From NCBI RefSeq assembly GCF_014859555.1, contig NZ_JACUTY010000005.1, positions 1,462 to 65,461 on the forward strand: a DNA stretch of 64,000 nucleotides, in the 5' to 3' direction. The translations under genes and the position numbers were made by a program. This DNA is from Thiomicrospira sp. (GTDB lineage Bacteria; Pseudomonadota; Gammaproteobacteria; Thiomicrospirales; Thiomicrospiraceae). Below the pieces are notes generated by a model. The model searched no databases. It was not told where the DNA came from and saw only the letters and a program-made list of their open reading frames with translations. Positions 59,410-64,000 of this stretch are shown piece by piece (position 1 is the first letter of the stretch; each line of letters opens with the position of its first letter).

Positions 59410-61878
59410 ATGAAGAATTTGGTGATAGTAGAGTCGCCGGCCAAGGCCAAGACCATCGAACAATATCTGGGCAAAGATTTTACTGTGCGCTCCAGTTACG
59501 GACATATTCGTGACTTGTCGAAAAAAGGTATGGGGATTGATCTGGCTAATCGATTTGAGCCGAGCTATGAAATATCACCGGACAAAAAGAAAACCGTCAC
59601 CGAGCTGCGAAAGCTCGCTAAAGAGGCCGATGCGGTTTGGTTGGCGACGGATGAGGACCGCGAAGGGGAAGCCATTGCTTGGCACCTAGCGGAAGCCTTA
59701 AAGCTGAATGTGGCAGAAACCAAACGTATCGTATTCCACGAGATCACCAAAGATGCGATCACCCATGCGGTCGCGCATCCGCGTACCGTGGATCTAAACT
59801 TGGTGAATGCGCAACAAGCACGTCGAATTCTAGATCGTGTGGTCGGGTTTGAATTATCGCCAATCTTGTGGAAAAAAATTCGTACTGGGCTCTCGGCCGG
59901 TCGTGTGCAATCGGTTGCGGTGCGTTTGATTGTTGAACGTGAACGTGAAGTTGACGCTTTTAATGCGCAAGTGTCTTATAAAGTTCAAGGCCAGTTGCAA
60001 CCAATTGGTGAGCAGGGCGAACTCGGCGAAACGTTTAATGTGAAACGTGTTGCCGGTTTTGAAACCGAACAGCAAGCGCAACAGTATTTAGAAGCGCTGG
60101 CGTTATCCAGCTTAAAGGTTGAAAACCTAGAACAAAAACCCGCCAAACGTGCGCCTAAAGCGCCGTTTACCACTTCAACTTTGCAGCAGGAAGCCTCACA
60201 AAAACTGGGATTTTCGGTCAAACAAACCATGGTGATTGCCCAGCGTTTATATGAGTCCGGTAAGATCACTTATATGCGTACCGACTCAGTCAACCTGTCG
60301 GAAACCGCGATTGCGCAAGCTAAGCAAACCATTGAATCTGATTTTGGCGCGAAATATAGTCATCCACGTCGGTTTAAAACCAAGCAAGCGGATGCCCAAG
60401 AAGCCCACGAAGCCATCCGCCCCACCGAGTTTTCGGTGCGCGAAGTCAATGGCGAGCGCAACGAACAACGTTTATATCAGCTAATTTGGCGACGCACGAT
60501 GGCCTCGCAAATGGCGGAAGCTGAACTGCTGCGCACCACGGTCGATATCAGCGTGAGTGAATTGGCGCAAGAAAGATTACAAGCCAAAGGTGAAATGGTC
60601 ACGTTTGATGGCTTCCTAAAGGTTTATAACCTTGACGGAACCAAAGATGACGATGTGTTGCTGCCAGCCATGCAAGTGGGTCAAGCGCTTAATTTGGTTG
60701 AGATGGTCGCCAAACAAAGCTTCAGTCGTGCACCAGCACGTTACAACGAAGCCAGCCTAGTCCGTACCCTAGAAGAAATGGGAATTGGTCGTCCCTCTAC
60801 TTATGCACCCACCATTGATACAGTTCAACAACGTGGCTATGTAGTCAAAGAGGATCGCGAAGGCACACCACGCGAAATTCGTCAGCTCACCCTTAGTGGT
60901 GGAAAAGTCGAAGCCGAAACCTTGTCTGAAATGGCGGGGGCGGAAAAAAACAAACTTTTCCCAACCGATATTGCTGGCATAGTGAATGACTTTTTAGTGA
61001 AAAACTTCGGTGAAGTGTTGGATTATAAGTTCACCGCTAAGGTCGAAGCCGAGTTTGATGAAATCGCGACAGGCGACCAGGCCTGGCAGGATATGTTGGA
61101 AAGTTTTTACACCAAGTTTCATCCGAAAGTTGAAGTGGCCGAAACGCTTTCTAGAGAAGAGGCTGGTCAAGCGCGGGCGTTGGGTGATGACCCTAAAACC
61201 GGCAAACCCGTGTTTGTTAAAATCGGACGTTTTGGCCCTTATGTTCAGCTAGGCGAAGGCGAAGATGATGAAAAACCCACCTTTGCCAGTTTAAGACCCG
61301 GCCAAAAAATGGATACGCTGAAGTTAGATGATGCGATGGAGTTGTTTAAATTACCTCGCAGTTTGGGCGAAATGCCTGAGTCCTATTCAGCTAAAGCCGC
61401 CGATGGCACCGAGTTTGTTGTCGAAAAAGGTCAAACCTTGATCGCCAAACAAGGGCCATTCGGGCCTTATTTGGAATACGGCGAAAAACTGTTTGCGCCG
61501 ATCAAAGGTTACGATCCATTAAGCATTACTTTAGACGAAGCGGTGGTGTTGGTTGAAGCCAAAATTCAAGCCGATGCGGACAAAATTGTGCGTAGCTTCG
61601 CGGGCACGGATGTCAAAATACTCAATGGCCGTTGGGGACCATATATTACGGATACCTCAACCAAGGTGAATGCTAAAATTGCCAAAACCGAAGACCCGAA
61701 TGATTTGACCTTAGAAGAATGTCAAAAACGTTTAGCTGAAGCACCACCACCTAAAAAACGTGGCCGAGCCGCGGCTAAAAAACCCGCCGCCAAAAAAGCG
61801 ACGGCTAAGAAGGCCCCCGCTAAAAAACCAGCGGCCAAAAAGCCCGCCAAAAAGCCCGCGACTAAAGCTAGCAAATAG
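59410..61878 (+). CDS. topA: DNA topoisomerase I with C-terminal repeats and Lys/Ala/Pro-rich tail
   Basis: IVESPAKA, ATDEDREGE, SAGRVQ, ITYMRTDS, GIGRPST, GRFGPY repeats and PAKK tail. Confidence 0.97.
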   Translation: MKNLVIVESPAKAKTIEQYLGKDFTVRSSYGHIRDLSKKGMGIDLANRFEPSYEISPDKKKTVTELRKLAKEADAVWLATDEDREGEAIAWHLAEALKLNVAETKRIVFHEITKDAITHAVAHPRTVDLNLVNAQQARRILDRVVGFELSPILWKKIRTGLSAGRVQSVAVRLIVEREREVDAFNAQVSYKVQGQLQPIGEQGELGETFNVKRVAGFETEQQAQQYLEALALSSLKVENLEQKPAKRAPKAPFTTSTLQQEASQKLGFSVKQTMVIAQRLYESGKITYMRTDSVNLSETAIAQAKQTIESDFGAKYSHPRRFKTKQADAQEAHEAIRPTEFSVREVNGERNEQRLYQLIWRRTMASQMAEAELLRTTVDISVSELAQERLQAKGEMVTFDGFLKVYNLDGTKDDDVLLPAMQVGQALNLVEMVAKQSFSRAPARYNEASLVRTLEEMGIGRPSTYAPTIDTVQQRGYVVKEDREGTPREIRQLTLSGGKVEAETLSEMAGAEKNKLFPTDIAGIVNDFLVKNFGEVLDYKFTAKVEAEFDEIATGDQAWQDMLESFYTKFHPKVEVAETLSREEAGQARALGDDPKTGKPVFVKIGRFGPYVQLGEGEDDEKPTFASLRPGQKMDTLKLDDAMELFKLPRSLGEMPESYSAKAADGTEFVVEKGQTLIAKQGPFGPYLEYGEKLFAPIKGYDPLSITLDEAVVLVEAKIQADADKIVRSFAGTDVKILNGRWGPYITDTSTKVNAKIAKTEDPNDLTLEECQKRLAEAPPPKKRGRAAAKKPAAKKATAKKAPAKKPAAKKPAKKPATKASK

Positions 61879-61965
61879 TTGAAGTTTAAAAGGCCGTCAA
61901 GGCCAAGCGGTTTGGGATAAAATAGCCAACTTTCCGCGCCACCTATTTACGCAAACGAGACAAGC

Positions 61966-63729
61966 ATGAAAACAAAATTAAACCAAATTTTGATTGAAGT
62001 AGCCGATCAACTTAAACAGCAGGGTGTGATTCCGGCTGACCAAGACGTTAAGGTTCAAGTTGATCCAACCCGTGATAAAGCGCATGGTGATTTTGCCACC
62101 AACCTTGCTATGACACTTGCCAAACCAGCGGGATTGCCGCCACGTGAGTTGGCCGCCAAAATTATTGCGTTATTACCCGCACAATCGGTGATCACCAAAG
62201 TTGAAATGGCTGGCCCTGGTTTTATTAACTTTTTTGTTGATGATCAAGCCAAGTTTGCCGTGGTGCAACAAGTGCTGCAACAAAAAAACCAGTTTGGTCA
62301 AAATGGTGCCGGACAAGGGCGTTCGGTGTTAGTCGAATATGTGTCGGCTAACCCAACCGGGCCTTTGCATGTCGGTCACGGTCGCGGTGCGGCTTATGGC
62401 GCGAGTTTGGTGAATCTGCTTGGGTTTGCCGGTTTTGATGTGACCGCCGAATATTATGTTAATGATGCCGGTCGTCAGATGGATATTTTAGCGACGTCGG
62501 TCTGGTTACGTTATTTAGAAATTTGTGGCGAGCAATTCCCGTTCCCAAGTAATGGTTACAAGGGTGACTATATTTATGCCATCGCGCGTCAATTGTTTGA
62601 CCAGCACGGCGATGCGTTACGTAAACCGGCGTTTGAAGTCTTTGCCGGTGCCTTCCCAGATGAAGGTCAAGACGGTGGCGATAAAGAAAAACACATTGAT
62701 GCCTTGATCGAGCGCGCTAAAGCCTTATTAGGCGGAGTGGATTTTGAACAAGTTTTTAGCTTAGCCATAAAGGATATTCTGACCGATATCGAAGAAGACT
62801 TGTCGGAGTTTGGGGTTAAGTTTAATAATTGGTTTTCTGAGCGTTCATTAATGCATACTGGCGTGGTGGATGCAGCGCTGGAAAAGTTGCAACAAGCCGA
62901 TAAAATTTACGAAAAAAATGGCGCACTTTGGTTTCGTTCAACCGAATATGGTGATGAAAAAGACCGGGTGGTGGTGCGCGATAATGGCTTAAAAACCTAT
63001 TTTGCGTCGGATATTGCCTATCACTTTAATAAACTTGAACGCGGTTACGAAACCATCATTGATATTTGGGGATCTGACCACCACGGTTATATTCCACGTG
63101 TAAAAGCGGCGATGCAAGCGATGGAAACCAATCCAGATGCGTTGCAAGTGTTGTTAGTGCAGTTTGCGATTTTGTACCGCGGCGGCGAACGTGCGCAGAT
63201 GTCAACGCGAAGCGGTCAGTTTGTGACCTTACGTGAATTGCGTGAAGAAGTCGGTACCGATGCGGCGCGTTTTTTCTATGTCGCACGTAAATCCGAACAA
63301 CATATGGATTTTGATTTAGATTTGGCCAAATCGCAATCTAACGACAATCCGGTTTATTATATTCAATATGCGCATGCTCGTATTTGTAGCGTATTGGGTC
63401 AGTTGGCTGAAAAAGGTTATGCGCTTGACGAAGCGATGGGCTTGGCTAATTTAGATCAGTTAAGCACCGAGCACGAAGTGGATTTGGCGACCAAATTAGC
63501 CCAGTTTCCAGATTTAATTGGACGCGCGGCGCTGGCTTATGAACCACACCAAATCGCCTATTATTTAAAAGAATTGGCGCATGGTTTACACAGCTATTAC
63601 AACTCGGAGCATTTTATTGTCGAACAAGCCGAGTTACGTAATGCACGTATGGTGCTGATTTTAGCCGTGCAGCAAGTTTTGCAGAACGGCTTGGCGATTA
63701 TCGGTGTTACCGCGCCTGAGAAAATGTAA
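61966..63729 (+). CDS. argS: Arginine--tRNA ligase
   Basis: SANPTGPLHVGHGR, GSDHHGY, MSTRSG and YIQYAHAR. Confidence 0.97.
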   Translation: MKTKLNQILIEVADQLKQQGVIPADQDVKVQVDPTRDKAHGDFATNLAMTLAKPAGLPPRELAAKIIALLPAQSVITKVEMAGPGFINFFVDDQAKFAVVQQVLQQKNQFGQNGAGQGRSVLVEYVSANPTGPLHVGHGRGAAYGASLVNLLGFAGFDVTAEYYVNDAGRQMDILATSVWLRYLEICGEQFPFPSNGYKGDYIYAIARQLFDQHGDALRKPAFEVFAGAFPDEGQDGGDKEKHIDALIERAKALLGGVDFEQVFSLAIKDILTDIEEDLSEFGVKFNNWFSERSLMHTGVVDAALEKLQQADKIYEKNGALWFRSTEYGDEKDRVVVRDNGLKTYFASDIAYHFNKLERGYETIIDIWGSDHHGYIPRVKAAMQAMETNPDALQVLLVQFAILYRGGERAQMSTRSGQFVTLRELREEVGTDAARFFYVARKSEQHMDFDLDLAKSQSNDNPVYYIQYAHARICSVLGQLAEKGYALDEAMGLANLDQLSTEHEVDLATKLAQFPDLIGRAALAYEPHQIAYYLKELAHGLHSYYNSEHFIVEQAELRNARMVLILAVQQVLQNGLAIIGVTAPEKM

Positions 63730-64000
63730 TGGCGCAAGACTTTCGACATGCGCCGATGCGTCGTAAGACTTATCAGCGCAAATCTCAACTCAATCCTGAT
63801 TCAAGTTCCACATCTACCAGGCCTGGTGGTTCGTTTAGCTCAGCTCAAACCTTATGGTTAGTGGGTTTCGTATTAAGCCTTGTACTCGTTACGGTGTTTT
63901 TTGTGGTTAAACACTTTGCCTCGCAAGGGGTAAAAGCCTCCGAATCACGTAGCAGCCAAGTATATCAAGCACAAACGCCCGTTTCGGTTGAAGCTGATAA
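63729..64000 (+). CDS. 5' part of a SPOR/FtsN-like protein (runs off the window)
   Basis: ATG overlaps the argS stop; MAQDF...basic region then a TM helix (LWLVGFVLSLVLVTVFFVV); open to the window end; argS-SPOR synteny is common. Confidence 0.65.
   Translation, partial: MAQDFRHAPMRRKTYQRKSQLNPDSSSTSTRPGGSFSSAQTLWLVGFVLSLVLVTVFFVVKHFASQGVKASESRSSQVYQAQTPVSVEAD

Larger units (their letters stand above)
820..63828. repeat. Dispersed highly iterated palindrome, core CAGGCCTG, consensus AACCACCAGGCCTGGTGGTT
   Basis: Core starts found by eye at 821, 2614, 4004, 7948, 11181, 14534, 14940, 16874, 18405, 19166, 19757, 21100, 22208, 23201, 23473, 25201, 26791, 27862, 29889, 35999, 42307, 44269, 53503, 54658, 56787, 59040, 61078 and 63818. 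Confidence 0.95.

Noticed and set aside
61780-61875. Tandem DNA repeat in the topA 3' end
   Set aside because: The repetition is at peptide level (PAKK) with varied codons; not a VNTR or contingency locus.
820-63828. Palindrome copies as a CRISPR array or REP/BIME cluster
   Set aside because: Copies are isolated, kilobases apart and mostly in-frame inside genes; no regular spacers and no cas or RAYT gene in the window.

Overview
Core chromosomal window of a Gammaproteobacterium (roughly 44% GC by eye). Gene content (cbb3 oxidase, periplasmic DsrE-like protein, glucosylglycerate cluster) suggests a Thiomicrospira/Hydrogenovibrio-like sulfur oxidiser; this is an inference. Genes in order: mutY-yggX, EAL/HDOD protein, hemE, degenerate secreted thermonuclease, rpmE, rho, trxA, uvrD, glucosylglycerate synthesis/recycling cluster (gpgP-gpgS-GH13_18 phosphorylase plus convergent glycerate kinase), CDF transporter, comF, a split biotin cluster (bioBF / bioHC), cspA, rpoH, hutZ-like, CopB ATPase, orphan FecCD permease, hisBHAFE-HIT-tatABC, ccoNOQP-ccoGHIS, def-fmt-rsmB-DUF4390-ntrYX-trkAH, dprA, two tandem PA2779-family genes, a PA2778-family lipoprotein, topA, argS and the start of a SPOR/FtsN-like gene. 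No rRNA, tRNA, CRISPR array or intact transposase was seen. The main non-gene signal is a highly iterated palindrome, consensus AACCACCAGGCCTGGTGGTT. A manual count gives 28 copies of the core CAGGCCTG (about 0.6 expected), 22 of CCAGGCCTGG and 16 of ACCAGGCCTGGT. It occurs inside 23 genes in all three reading frames and just downstream of four stop codons. Also notable are a 160-bp MITE-like element with 21-bp TIRs and an ATTA duplication upstream of topA, a loop-less 40-bp palindrome overlapping an FNR-like box, an unannotated 43-aa membrane protein in the cco cluster, and a tandem duplication with a gene-conversion-like signature.
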